Assembly (NCBI GenBank): GCA_977030845.1
Contig: OZ365116.1
Span: 18,228,001-18,292,000 of the forward strand
Direction: 5' to 3'
Source of the DNA: Fimbriosthenelais zetlandica
Taxonomy: Eukaryota
Length of the DNA: 64,000 nt
The notes beneath the pieces were generated by a model, which was not told where the DNA came from, ran no database searches, and was given only the letters and a program-made list of their open reading frames with translations. Both the position numbers and the translations under genes were made by a program. This document shows, one piece after another, positions 28,001-41,700 of the stretch. The first letter of the stretch is position 1; each line of letters starts with the position of its first letter.

Positions 28001-31000
28001 ACTCAATTTAATCTCAAACTACAAACAGCTAACTTTTACTTCACTCTGGAATCAGTCAACCGTTTGACACGGCAGGAAAAAGAGCGAGGAGGTCAATGTG
28101 GGGGTGAATATGTGGATACACAGCAAAGACTGTTAAAGAAATAAAAGGAAAGTAACTTGTTATCATACACAATAGGGCAAGCGACACTGATTACAGAGGA
28201 ACAGTTTCACTGCCATTCAAAATACCAACTTGTTTACTCTCCTGGGGTGAAATCATTCAGATTTATGTCTAGAATTACCATGACTGAATACAAGTAAGAT
28301 AGTGCAATGCAAATTGTGGCGAAAAAAAGCTCAGGTACTTGGCAATGGTTGAATTCAATGAATCCCCAAAGAAAATTGCAAATTTTCCACATAAGATATA
28401 AAAATTCAATTGCATAAAAGGTCTTGATTTATACACTCTCGCCAGTTCGTGCTTGAGTGAAACAGACTGTCTTACATTGGAGAGGCGACTCGGTGCTCTC
28501 TCAGGTGAGGAGAAGATACAAAAGACAGGAACTTCTGCTGTCGCACAAATATGTTCCCACCGACTCTGACAAAGCTAGCACACGCTTTGCTACAATGTCA
28601 ACAGTGAGCCTTCAAACCTCCCCTTGCATAGAGACGGGAGACTTTTGCTGCCTGCCCCCTTAACCCTGCACATAATAATTGATGGTTGAAGAGCTTCCCG
28701 CCTGCCACAAATGCCTGGCAAGAGAAGAAAGGGAAGCTGATGGGCCCATTATGGATGTGTCAGGAGCATGCAGGTTGTCACCGTTAATACCAATTCACCA
28801 CAGTCTATTTGAATCGTGTGGGATAAACCGTGGGGTGATCCCTTTTATTTGTTGATTTATACATCAGGTTTCAGTTCGATTTTCACATGGGAACAAGTGG
28901 ATCTCATTCATATCAGTCGCTTTTCTCTCCTGTCCCTAGGCGGCAGAGTTTCTGTCAAAAGCTTAGACCCAAATATGGGTGCAAAGGGACTGTATAGTGA
29001 GCTAGAGCTTCGTTTCTGATGGAAATATTCATTTCTCTGCAAACACCACCAGTGCAGTTATACATAGTAAGGCCTTGTACTTATCATTCTATTTTGTATT
29101 TTTCAGAACAACAAATCCATGGGGAGTCACCAGCTAATGGCTTAGTGCCTGCACACTGGGTTAGTGCACCCTCATCTCCTGACTCGGCTATCCCAGGATC
29201 CTCCTCTGATGATGAAACCAAGCCTTGTGAAGATGTGCTGGATTTCAGCATCAACAAGGACACTGAGGAGGAGACTCAAGACGAGGGAGATGAAGATGAT
29301 GAACTGAACATAGAGGATGACACAGAGGACATGGTAGACCATCCACAGACCTCTCAGTCACCCACTACTCACCCATCAGAGGATGAAGATGCGGTCAGTT
29401 CACGACCAAAGGTGAGCATAATGCACCCGATATCCAAAACAGAAAGTGAAACCAAAATCTTACCAGATCTCCACACAAAGACATCAACAAAGCGCTCCAA
29501 CTCGAGAATCATCGAGAACCTTCTTCACAAGAAAATGAAAGAAAGCGGAGAAACAATGTGTGATCAAACCATTACAGATATTTTCAGAGCTCCACCTCAG
29601 AAACAGAGTTTTGACATCGCGTCACTCGTTGAAAACAAACACAAGGAAAAGGATCGTTCTCTTACATTGCCAATGCCTCATTTTGACAACCCATTCCTTT
29701 CCTACATGTACAAAAACTCTTTAATGGCTCCAGGGATGTTAAAGGACAAACACCATGACCCCGAAGAATTTAAAATGAGAAACAGGAAGCTAACATCTAT
29801 GGTAGATCCCATGTTATCATCCAGCCTGGTGTCACGACCTCAGCCACTGGCACCTCTTCCCCTCATGTTCCCAAACTTTGGTATGAACATGAATATGAGG
29901 ATGGGTGGAATGCAAAATAACATGCCATCAGCTTACCCACAGAATCCTGTATTCCGAATGGGACCATTCCCCAACTTCCCACCAACCTGGCAGAATATAT
30001 TCTACGGTCATGGTTTCCAAGGTCCCAATGTGCACCAGCGAGGAGGGCTGATTCCCAACCAACCCTCTCCATCCATGATGGTACCACCACCTCAGATGAA
30101 CCATAACACCTCACCACCACCACGCCACCAATCTAAACAGAAGTCAGATGAGGCACTGAATCTCAGTAAACCCAAATACAGCTCACTTCACGGCCAGAGA
30201 GGTTACAAGTCGCTACCTTTTCCCTTACAAAAGATCAATGGCAAGATGCATTACCAGTGTAATGTTTGCTCCAAGACATTTGGTCAACTATCCAATCTCA
30301 AAGTGCACCTTCGTACACACACTGGAGAGCGGCCATTCAAGTGTGAGACATGCGGTAAGGGCTTCACACAGCTTGCTCATCTTCAGAAGCACTACCTCGT
30401 ACATACAGGCGAAAAGCCCCACGAATGTACAGTCTGTGCCAAGAGATTCTCCTCTACTTCAAATCTCAAAACACACATGAGATTACACTCTGGGGAGAAG
30501 CCATTTCATTGTAAAGTCTGCCCTGCCAAATTCACGCAGTTTGTCCACTTGAAACTTCACAGACGATTACACACAAATGAAAGGCCTTACGAATGTCCCA
30601 AGTGCACCCGCAAATACATCAGTGGTTCTGGCTTGAAGACACATTGGAAATCAGGGTCTTGTATGCCACCTGATACCAATGTTGAGATAGCCCGTATCCC
30701 TGATACTGGTAACAATTACAACACTGAAGAGTTGTACCGTTTATGTGAGGACTATCGTGAACTAGGTGGAGCTGGTGTAGACGATATCAGTCACATGTCA
30801 TTTGCTTATTCAGGTGAAGATAATTCAAGCAGGAGTCATCAATCATCTGACAGAAGGGGATCTGATGGTGAGTCGGACCTCAGTGGAAGTGACCAAAGCT
30901 CTGAGGAGAAACATGACAGACTGTCCCATGACCGACACCATCAGACCCCCGAGAATGAGGACACTGTGGATGAAAGCATGAATATCAAGGACGAGGAAGT

Positions 31001-31127
31001 ACATATGGACACAGATGAGGTGCCCAGAGACAGTTATCAGGCCTCAGTGACACTGGCTACATTTGCTAAAATGGGATCCCCACAATCAACAAATGATGAA
31101 CATCAGCTACTGGATGTAGCTTCATAA
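19032..31127 (+). CDS. PRDM1: Blimp-1 / PR domain zinc finger protein 1 (spliced, about 853 aa). Coding exons 19032-19041, 20900-21057, 24533-24652, 25004-25256, 29107-31127
   Basis: Exons 2-4 encode the PR/SET domain ([12 protein letters not shown]; [24 protein letters not shown]; [42 protein letters not shown]), matching PRDM1. The last exon encodes four C2H2 fingers ([21 protein letters not shown]; TQLAHLQKH; SSTSNLKTH; TQFVHLKLH) and a fifth C2HC finger. All introns are GT-AG with compatible phases (1,0,0,1), and the total of 2562 nt is divisible by 3. Exon 1 (ATG ACA GCA G|gtatgt, A at -3, in-frame stop 15 nt upstream) is less certain than exons 2-5. Confidence 0.96.
24691..24752 (+). 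repeat. Perfect 30-bp tandem duplication in Blimp-1 intron 3
   Basis: tttaggcttacaatccacaaactgatcgac occurs at 24691-24720 and 24721-24750. Confidence 0.95.
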
Positions 31128-32530
31128 TGGGAGAAAATCAAAAAATGATTGTTATACTCATCCGTCCACATGATGCTGACTTTATAAGCTAGTTCATTAC
31201 GATTCCCATACATTATAGGACAAAAACAGGTTTACCTCTCAAATCATTAATGTAAACTGAGAGGTTTGTTTTAAGATATTAACATGAGTGTATGTTGAAC
31301 ATCAAAGCATCATGTGATTGCAATTCAATTGTGTCTTATGTACCATGGGAAGATTTGGTAAAATGTAAATAAAGAAAATTCTATGAAAGAAATCCGTCCT
31401 TTAGAGGCTAATAATCAGAGTGAATATAGGAAAAATTTAAATAGTGTACCAAATATGAGAGAATATTTTGTGACTATAATTGAGATGGAAATTTCTATTT
31501 CCGAATTATCTGCATTTACTAACTACAAGCTGCTATAATTGTACAGAGAATCAATACTAATGAGGTGTTGAGAAAAAGTGTATATATGTGCTTTACATAA
31601 GACTGAAGTGACAAAGGAAGCACTCGTCCAGCTGTCTGTAACATTGTATGATTAGAGTTGGTACTGTTCATGTGCCTATATTAACTAGTTATCAAGTAAA
31701 ATGTATTGATAAAGGGTACAAGCACCTTTGAACCAGTCTATCTGAATACCTTAATGCATTCCATTGGCGATTTTGGGGAGTAGTTTTAATAAATGCGCAA
31801 ATATCAGAGAAATTTATACCATGCTGCCCATTTAATTGTATATATATAATCAACATAAGAATAATATATTTGTACATGATTGCTTTATATGACAAAGATT
31901 TGAATATTATTACTGATTTGTAAATATTGTGATTCAGACTGCCATTTTTATTTATATATTTATCACAGAATGATCGAAAAATATTCTGCTTCTTTCAAGT
32001 TTCTTGATCTCAGTGCATGAGATTCTGATGAAAGGATTATTTTCTTGTGATCTTTTGACATGAGAACATGGTCAAACCTGGCCCCACGGACAATGGAATG
32101 GCTGTGAGCTATGTGACTGATATAGCTAAAATGATTTTGGAATTCTTTTTTTAGCAATATACATGTATATAAGTATGACTCAATGAGCCTTAACGTATTT
32201 CATCCCTATTTTTGCAAGTTTGTGTGAGTGCAAGTGTGTGTTTGATTTCACTTCACCTTTGGCACCATATGAGTATGATGAATTTTACACCCAATTATTA
32301 TTTTCTAATGAACAATTTAATTGTTATGAACCGCTGCCATATGACATGAATGAACATTATCAGACTGTAATGAAGGTAACGGAGGTCGATATATGTATGA
32401 CTAGAACTAGTCTACACTAATTAAATGTAGAATTTGATGTGATCCTTCTTTTGTTTGAAATCCCAGTCTGATTTGATACATTGTCATTGTTATATGAATG
32501 AAATAAATAAATTCTGCTCAAAACACATCA
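31128..32530 (+). other. Long AU-rich Blimp-1 3' UTR with poly(A) signals
   Basis: AATAAA at 31368-31373 (proximal) and overlapping AATAAA at 32502-32511 (distal, followed by T/GT-rich sequence). No coding potential. The true 3' end is inferred. Confidence 0.55.
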
Positions 32531-32751
32531 CTTGACTGTTACATTTCTATTTTTAGTTGTAACCGCCAATAATCTAGTCCATATTAAATGGAGCAAAAAT
32601 TACAAGCTTTGAAGAAACTAAAGGAGAAAAAAGCACAGTTTAAAATCCAGATAATTGTATGGAAAACGGGAATTTTATTTGCTATTTACAACATGGATGT
32701 CGCTTGAAAACTAATCCATGCACATCAAGTATTTAAGATTAATTCTAAGCA

Positions 32752-35700
32752 TTATTTCTTTCTAATTAACCTCTTCTGGAAGAACTTAGCTCGGTTGCGT
32801 TTGTCATCGTCCAATTCTCCAAAATCACACTGCATATATTCACAAGGTCGAGCGATCTCCTCCTCTTTGCGGAGTATGCGCGGCCTGATAATGTCCACGT
32901 CAAGATCTAGCTGATCCCGAAGACCAAGAAGAATGGCGTTAGGCGAGTCAAAGTGGACGAGGAAATACCTGCAACAACAACAGTTGGTCTATTACATTTG
33001 GTAGACGGAATACATTAGGTTAAAAAAGTAGGATGTCTCCTGCTTACAGCTAATACAATTATAGATCATGAAAGATGAAACAAAGGACCGATTAAACCCC
33101 CGGATATCTGTGTCATGCTTAGTTTGTATGTCTCAGGGATTACACTTGATTTGATACAAGTCATTACTTGTTGATCTGCTGTCTACCGTAAAGAAGAAGT
33201 AACCATGATATACATGTAGGACCATGTCAAACTGTTTTCCAATCAAGCAGTGGTATCCATGTCTAGATCTTACTGTATTATCAACTTTATTTTACATTTA
33301 CATATCCAATAAAAATCAAGTAAGTCAATTTAATGTTCTTTCCATGGAATCCCCCCATTCGTTTTTTCTCGTAAAAATCATAGGGGAGAACTTAAGAATC
33401 CCAAATTAGATGGACCAATTAAAAGGTATAAATTAGGAATATTTTCGGAAAGTGTTTATGGGTAATCCCCCATGGATCATACTGCCATCCTGCGGACGTT
33501 GGCCTACCGGTAATTAGGCAGCGCTAAGACAGGAGGCTTCCTAATGATGATATGTAATTCGCACGGAGTGGAAATAAACTCTAGCCACTTCCTGTTAGTT
33601 TCTTAATAACAGAACACTACAGTATGAGCATACTCGGTTGAAAGCTATACATTTATTGACTGCATGCATTCTCAGTTGCAATAGTGCTTGGCTCAGCTAT
33701 CTCTTTTTTTCTTTAGGTAGACAAGTCCGTGGGAAATAAAATAAGGAGGCAATCATCTCCACGGTGCTTGCATAACCCATAACTCACACATCGATAAGGG
33801 TGAATGTATGTGTGGTAATATCAAAAGGTTCGTACAAAGGCAGGTCCTTTACGTACACCAGACTCTATGTGCATATATGGCAAACACAAAGGTTGGCTCT
33901 ACCATGGGGGTGGGGGTATACATCATTATGTTTTCTCAAATTGCTACGGTTCAAATATGAGTATTTACTATAATGATATAAAGTCTACATGTATATCAAC
34001 TCGATTGCTTATTATACAGAAGAGCCTTTGATGAAATACAAAAAGCAAAAGAGGAAGAAATTAAAGGGGATGGCAGAAAGCCAGATAGCCGTTTAACAGT
34101 TTTTCTCGATTCAATATTGTAATATCTACAATGGTCCTCACAGGTTTAGAGCTGCGCACGGCAGTAAAAGGCAATAAGCTCCGAGGTAATCCAGAAATGA
34201 GCAACGGTTATCTTTAACAATCTGACTTAAAATGGATTGAAAAATATTGACTTTTGTTTTAGGTGTGAAGTGGGAGGCAAACTGATACCAGTCAACGTTT
34301 GTCACAGTGTGGGGTCTATAGAAACCATGGTAACTGAATAACCTTTATCTCACCCCAGTAATATGAAATCAAGATACTAAGTTTTACATCAATCCCTTAG
34401 ATTGTACAAAAACCAAAGCTGGTTAAATGAAATTATGCCCTATACTTGAAGAAAATGCTTGTTTTTACTCTAAAACTAACAAGGTGCCCAGACATAAGTA
34501 GGGACTAATCGCCTAAGAGGGCGTGTGAGTTTCAAATCTCACATAAATTTGTAGAGGAAAAACTTTCCATGTGGAAATTTTCGTCCAATTATAGGAATGT
34601 ACAATAAAAAAGACAAGATTTTACTTGACCGAGTATCCAGGAAACATTAATTAGACAAGACAGACATATTCTATCTATAGTTCAGAGATTCTGCTGGTTT
34701 CTTACAAGCAATATATTCAAATTCCTATTTAGCGAATATTGACAACTTATTGACAAAATAAGAATGAAGTCAGTACCATTGTATAGACCAGAATCTGAGT
34801 GAGAAAAGCAAAGTTCACACTTAACGAGAATCAAATCAAGGTAACAGATTTTCCCACCAAACTAATCAGTTTAGGGCCTTGAATCAACTGGTCAGCCAAA
34901 GGGGTGTGACCTCTTGACCCTTGGTGGTCTCTTCTCACCTATTGACATATTATTATCTGGACAGGGCAAGGAGTTGGTCCTTACACCCCATTGGTCTCAT
35001 AATGAGTCTCCCTACCTGGATTCAATGGCCCCCACAGCCCCTCCCACAAACCCAAAACACTGCATCAAAACCTCTTGAGTGAGATCCAAATATTTAGGCT
35101 AGCAGATCCTCGTGTATATCTGCAAAGTTTTCATGTTTTCTTAATCAAAAACGTTCAAGACTGGAGTGGATGTGTCAGACCAAATCAACAATTATTTCAG
35201 GCATGTTCTGAATTAGTTTTTGCACAAATGGCTGGGCACAACCATATATAAAGCAGCACACTGACAATGGCAACATGACACTGGTCTATCAGTCTGATAT
35301 TGGGATGAGGATCAGGTGAGAAGATGAAAGTAAGTCTGAGTTGGAGGCAGTACTCCACCAATTAGTCAATGTCGGACCTGGGTCGACATAGAGACAGATA
35401 AAGGCAGCGTTACATGAAGATGCTCACGGCTCACATGGGTCCTCTTATACGAGGATACAGAGGGCATGATAGCACACCCACATCAGCTTCAGTTTTCTCA
35501 AATTATATAATTGTTAGGCAGGTCCCCTGTCAAACTGCCAATTTGAGAGATCTCTCTTCTTGGATCCCCAAACCATATTGTTTTGGAGACTGAATGAATT
35601 CCCTTTTTTCCGTCTGAAATAGCAACCAAGCATAAAAACCACATTTCAATAGGCAGAGCTCTATACATTCATTTCCCAGCGGGTATATATGTTTTGTAGG

Positions 35701-38700
35701 GGAAGGGGGGAAATCAGTCTATGTAGAGTTAGTTACACAGCTTGTTAAATGAAGTTGTTTATCTTGAGTGGAGTTTTTCCCACACTTCCAGCCAGCGTCC
35801 CCCGTCCACCCAGTGGAGGGAACATTCATCACCATTGTCAAGTATGGAGTAGCCAGGGTCTTTAGCTTTCCTCTGCCAAATCACAAAATGGTTGTGAAAA
35901 AAGCTGTCAATGAATGCACTGGGTTTGAGGGGAGGGGGAATCAAACCACCCTCCTGCTCCGCCTCCTTCTCCCCGCTCAGTCCCCTGCCCCTTTGATTCC
36001 CACATAGGGAGAACAGAAACAGTCTCAAAGAAAGCACCCCATCTTTATCCTATGACATGCAGTCTCCCATATTAATTATCTCCATTATTTATTGCCAGTA
36101 AGGACCAGAGGTTGAGGGGCTCCAAACTAGATAGTTTCACTTTGTTATTAAATGTAACCGCATGGTATTTTTCTAGTGATATAAAGGCTTCTGTGCTCAT
36201 ATTGAAAATTCCAATATAAATCACTGAATATGACTCAATTTAGAAAGGATCCTTCTCTATTATGTGGGGAAAAGTACTATTCATTTGAAGGACTCTTCAA
36301 AGGGCATGTCAGAATGTTAAAAATCCCTGTATGCCAAATGCATTTCAAGTGACGTAAGCAAAAATAGGGAGGGTTTTACTAAAAAATTACCCACAAATAT
36401 CAATGTTTCTATATCTCTTATGATCCTTTTCATGTCTGAGACAATTGTCTCGCCTCAAATATGCAAAAAAAAAGCAAATAGCCACAAGATCCCAATAGAA
36501 CGTCTTTCCCAGCCCGTGGGTACCACCTAGAGCTGGCTACTTATGTCCTACCCACCCTCCTAACCACACTTGTCCCACTTCATTCTGTCCCCCTCTACCA
36601 CCCCTCTCCCCCACTAATGCCCTATCAGCTATTATAATCGACTACTCATTACATACAAAGAGGGCCTAATGCCTCTTCGCTCATTTAACCCTGGGGTCAG
36701 ACTCTAGATGCTACATACAGAAAAAGGCCAATTTCAGCGTTAATGAAATGGAAACCTATGTTTAAAAGGTGACCGGGGGATCGGACATGGGTCGCCTGCC
36801 ACTAGTGGTCACTGTAGTGGTCACTCACGGTCACGCCCTTGACGAGCCTCATCAAAGTTCCGCCGATCAGCATACCTCAAAGGTTCTGGCGCTCAAGGGA
36901 ATTAGTCAAATATGCTTCAATGTTCAGAGGGTCAAAACACGCCTAAACACTAAACAGATCGACAATGGACAAAACTTGAATCCATGGAGAAAACTATCAT
37001 TCTGCAGTTACTAAAGAATAGGGAAAGGTACTAAAGCCTATGCTACTTTCTAAACATAGTTAAAGCCTGGCCGCTGTCCATAATATTATACTGTCCATAG
37101 TTCCACTGCCCATAGTGCAAAATGGCAAAACTGATAAATCTTCATGGTAAACATTAAGCTTTCAGCACATAGACCACCTTTTCTTAAATCCCATTTAGGG
37201 AAGAATGGTGTCTATTTTCAGTTGGTTCTATATTTCAATCATTGGCATCAATGACGGAATAGTGTGAGTTTACTTTCATTCATACAAACTCACCACCATT
37301 TTTTTTAATATCAAAGAAAAAACCTTAAGTTGGACAAAATGCTGTCAGTCCTGTCACTGATTTCACCCTGTGGCTGGATCAGTCTGTCACTGCTGTCAAC
37401 CCTCGTCTTTCCTTGCTTGGATGCCCCCTACCCCCACCTTTCATCAAGCACAATATAAGCCGATGGCTATCTTGCTTTGCCATCCAAGCATTTTCTCCCA
37501 GGCTTTGCAATAATTTTGTCATGCCAATACATTATCTAAGCGGAGATATTTGGCATCAATGGAAAGTAGCAATTAAGTATGTGGAGGAGAAATCTCACTT
37601 CAGCAAAGCTTGATGTCACATAAATATCTTTGCTCATTTATCTCTATTTGATTCACTAATCCCATCCATTCCTGAATTATTCCATTTTCCACCTTCACCA
37701 CAATAAAGCCATCTCCATTCAACTTTTCATTCAATATTTTTTTGCCCACTTCACCAATCAGGGTGACCCTAGCATACTTTACAATCTGATAACATATATG
37801 ATGGAGCATATATCTCAGATGGATTAGGTATGATTAAATAGTAATTAATCTATAGAAGAGGGTGGGAATCTGTGAGAGATTTTCTACCCTGTCCACCCTG
37901 CCCTATACCCTCAATATTCTCATCATCAAGCTCTTGAGCGACCAGTGACGTCGGCGTCTTTCATGACGTGTGATTGACGTCACGTACAATGGCCGGTGCC
38001 CTCAGGGTGCTCTCCACACTGGCCCCCGACCTCCCCAGGCGCATGCTCACCTGTAATCAAGCTGGATCTCCTGTAAACAGATCCCTGGGCAAGCGATCAA
38101 AGAGGTCTCTACTCAACCCCCAACCTCACCCCAACCCCATACACCCCAACATAACCACTTATTACCCTGTCATGACGCGCCCTTTATTCCTACACATATA
38201 TACTCACAAACATATTGCTGTGGTCTTCCCCCTCAAGTAGATTGGCCTTTGTCCCCATGAAAATGTTATCTATTAATTTTCTTGGTCCAAAAGACTATAA
38301 CTGTTAAGAAGCCTTCAATAACTTGGCACAATCTGCAAAATTATTATGTTTCCTACTGTAAATGCCCTTCTTTCTGACTCTATCGCCCCAGGTTTGACTT
38401 CATCATACTGGAGAGTTGGGCAAGTCTTTTTATGAGGAACATTCTGAGGTTAGGGCAGTATCACGACCGTCATTACTTGCCTTGATAAACCGCCAACCAC
38501 CACAGTTAATTTTCTCCATGACTCAAAACCTTGTGAGTGTTATCCTTATTGTACTGAGGCATGTATGTGTAGACTCCCCACCAGCAGGGATGAGGGATGT
38601 GCCACGTGCCTGCTGTCTACTATAATGAAGGGTCGTGAGGTTAGAGCTTGTATTATAATATGTTATCAAAGCAGGTCTCCCACCTACCACACCTCCATAT

Positions 38701-41700
38701 CTCCCCCGCCCGTCACACCGCCATGGAGGGACCATTATATGGGGCATGCTTGACAAATGAGCCCCATGTCCCATGGTCTCTGTATCTCAGCTGGGTTAAA
38801 TAAATCTGGGTAAGAGCCGTAAGATTTTTTGTCACATACTTTGATGATCAAAGGTACAAGGTACAAAATGAATACAGGAAAAGAAGTTGGATAAACGAAA
38901 CAGAACAAAACTGAACTTGTAACAGAACATGAACACTTATGTACTATGTTAGTAAATGATAGTCAGATACTAGCGTTTGGCACTACTTACTTGGAAGGCA
39001 CAAGTTTAATAAATCTGTTAAAGTCCGTGGATGCCCATATCTACACTTTCAACAGGAAAGACCAAGAAATTAAAATAGATATATTTCTAAATGCAGGTTA
39101 AATATAATGTAAAAAAAATCAAATGTATAACATAAGTGCTCAGAATTTCACAAATTTAGACAAACATATGTACATATTACCTGGAAGTGAGGCAGGGCAC
39201 TTCGTTCAAAATATTTACAGTAGAAATATCAGATATCTGATAAAGTCCACAGAGGTAACCAACCGAGGAATAGGCGGAAAATTCGCTAACGTAAAAGTTG
39301 ATATGAAGAAGAAAGATCTGGGTTCAAAATCTTCTCCTTTGCGGTACATTTTAGATGAACCCAAATTCAGTACAGTGGGAGAGAGCGAGACCATTATCAA
39401 ATCTATAATAATAATTAATGACTTTGTGAAATCGGAGTTATTGACAGAATGTAAGGTGAATCGGTGTCTATGTTGGAGAGAGAATAGGAGGGTCTGAGGT
39501 TGTTGGCAGGGAGGGGAGGGTGATCAGGTACAGGAGTGAGTTTATCCCTGATTTCTGACTCTGATATCATTGTTACTAATGTATGTATGGCTATTTATCA
39601 AAGTAGAAAAACGGATTAAATGTTCGGCCAACATTTTTGTAATGTCTGCAATGAAGTGTTGAAGTTATTTTTTGTTCAAAATAGGAAAAGTCATACCATT
39701 GATGTCACGTAGGCCATTCTGGTAATGGAGAAAATGTGGGATATGTGGCTATTTTTAGTGAAAAGATCACAAAGATCAAGGAGGAACTTTTAGCGTCTGC
39801 TAAGATTGTGAATGTGATCTATGGAGGATCTATACATAAATCATGGATAATATTTAGACATGAGGAGACGGGAGGAAGATGGAGCGGTGAATGTGACACG
39901 TTATAATAATGTGGACGGCACGTGAGCACATATTTAAACTAGTTATCCTCGCATGAGAAGCCAACAAGACAGTTGACAGCTTATGGCCAGCTCATATAAC
40001 ACACAAATATACAAGTCACAGTCAGTCACAGGCTTCCTGATACTGCTGTAAGCATTCCGACAATAGTCAGGTTACAATCAAACTTAGAAACTTTGAAATA
40101 CATGACATTTTAGAGATGGGAGCTGTGTTGGGGAGAGAGAGTGTGTTACCCATGTATATATGTATTTTCTTTCAATTCATTCGTAATTTAGTGTGGGGAA
40201 GCTCCTAATATTGTGTAAGATACGTTACTTTGATTACAGGTATTTAGAGATTTGATTTTTCCTCATGTAAATGGATTGAAGGTACCATTTAATATAGTTG
40301 ATAGTAGGCCTATGCCTTATTCCTTCATTCTATATTTCAACATACACTTATTCTCCCCCATCACAATATATCAATCAGCTTCCCTAAGCAATAGTTCAAA
40401 TCATTTACTACATTAGTACTAAATCCCTATCAGGACACGCTTATTCCTGACGGGGGGCCGCCAGACAGATATCCCAGTGAGTAAACAGACTTACCGAAAA
40501 GTCATAATTCACGAGCTGAAAGTAATTTATATCTCCACAGATTCAAAGACAAGGGTATTGCCGTGGGAGAGAGAATGTTATTGCCCGACAAAAGCTCCCC
40601 ATAGATCATGTCCCCGCGGCTTATCAGCTCCGTTAATAGATTTTTTTTAAATAATATTTTAACCTCGAAAGGTAGACTGATTGATACTGAAAGTCTGGAG
40701 TTGGATGACTTGGTGACTGTATGTTGTCAGTTGCTTTTGAGATATTGAAATAATCAAAGACTTGAGCAAGTCTCTTCAGACTTCAGAGCTGAGGGCAGTG
40801 ACAGGGCCTCATAACTCGCGCCTTATCACCGAGCAGAAGACAAGATTAATACTATGTAGAAAACATAGAGCTAACAATTTCTGATGTTTCATTTAATTTT
40901 TTCCTCTCCTTCTCATCAGATAAAGTGAGGGAAAGTAAATTACCGCCGACACACACCAACTGTTGCTCCCTGAAGACCCCACAGAGGGAGGGTATCAAAA
41001 TTATTTGCTCCTATATTCACGCCTATAGAAAGTCAATGAAATTTCGGCTGATGAGCCAGAGAAATGAAAACCCCCCACTTTTCCTCAAACTTCAACAGAC
41101 CTGGAGCAAATTTGGATTTTGTAATTTGATCCTTATGAACACAAGCCACCGGCAGAAAAATCTAAGGCGGGCAACTGAGATCTTTTAGAAGTTATCAGAA
41201 GTCTAGTCTCTTCTAAATCTTTGTCGAACAACATGTCAGACACCGTGATCATATAAAAACGCTAGTGCTCATTTCTCAATTATGGACGGTATATAAAATT
41301 AATTACGTCGAGATTTCAGATAAAGGGAAAGGGGATAATACAGTTCCTTTATGTAATACTAAATTGTAACAATAATGCGTCATAGAACCGTTGAGAAAAT
41401 GATGAAAAAAAAGTCTTCATTACATCATTTTCCACATTTGTGTCTTTGGAATCAAGTTCTAAAGGTATTTATACATTCTCCAATCCCTAAGTACATGTAT
41501 GTTACCGGTAGATTCAAGAATTGTATCAGTGTATATTGTTAGAGATCACCGATTAAACGATCTTACATAAGACATATTTTTCACGGTGGGATACTATAGG
41601 GGTTCAATATTGCCAACATTCCTCACTGCTATGGTTACAGCCGGGGGGATGACACCAATCATGATGTAAGAACTGACACCCGGAGGTGTTAAACAAGGTG

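Noticed and set aside
29019-29106. First 29 codons of the 702-aa ORF in the track
   Set aside because: They are intronic. A polypyrimidine tract and CAG acceptor end at 29106, and the phase matches PR-domain exon 4, so the ORF is a terminal exon and not a standalone gene.
29863-30480. Overlapping alternative-frame and antisense ORFs in Blimp-1 exon 5, and similar ones over TAK1 and CDC5L exons
   Set aside because: They are shadows of the real coding frame.
39123-39497. 124-aa ORF inside MRPS6 intron 2 as a nested gene (human MRPS6 hosts SLC5A3 in an intron)
   Set aside because: It shows no similarity to SLC5A3 or any family I recognise, has no transmembrane pattern and no exon partners.
41047-41070. 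Second CTGATGAG...GAAA hammerhead candidate
   Set aside because: No stem II can form between the boxes.
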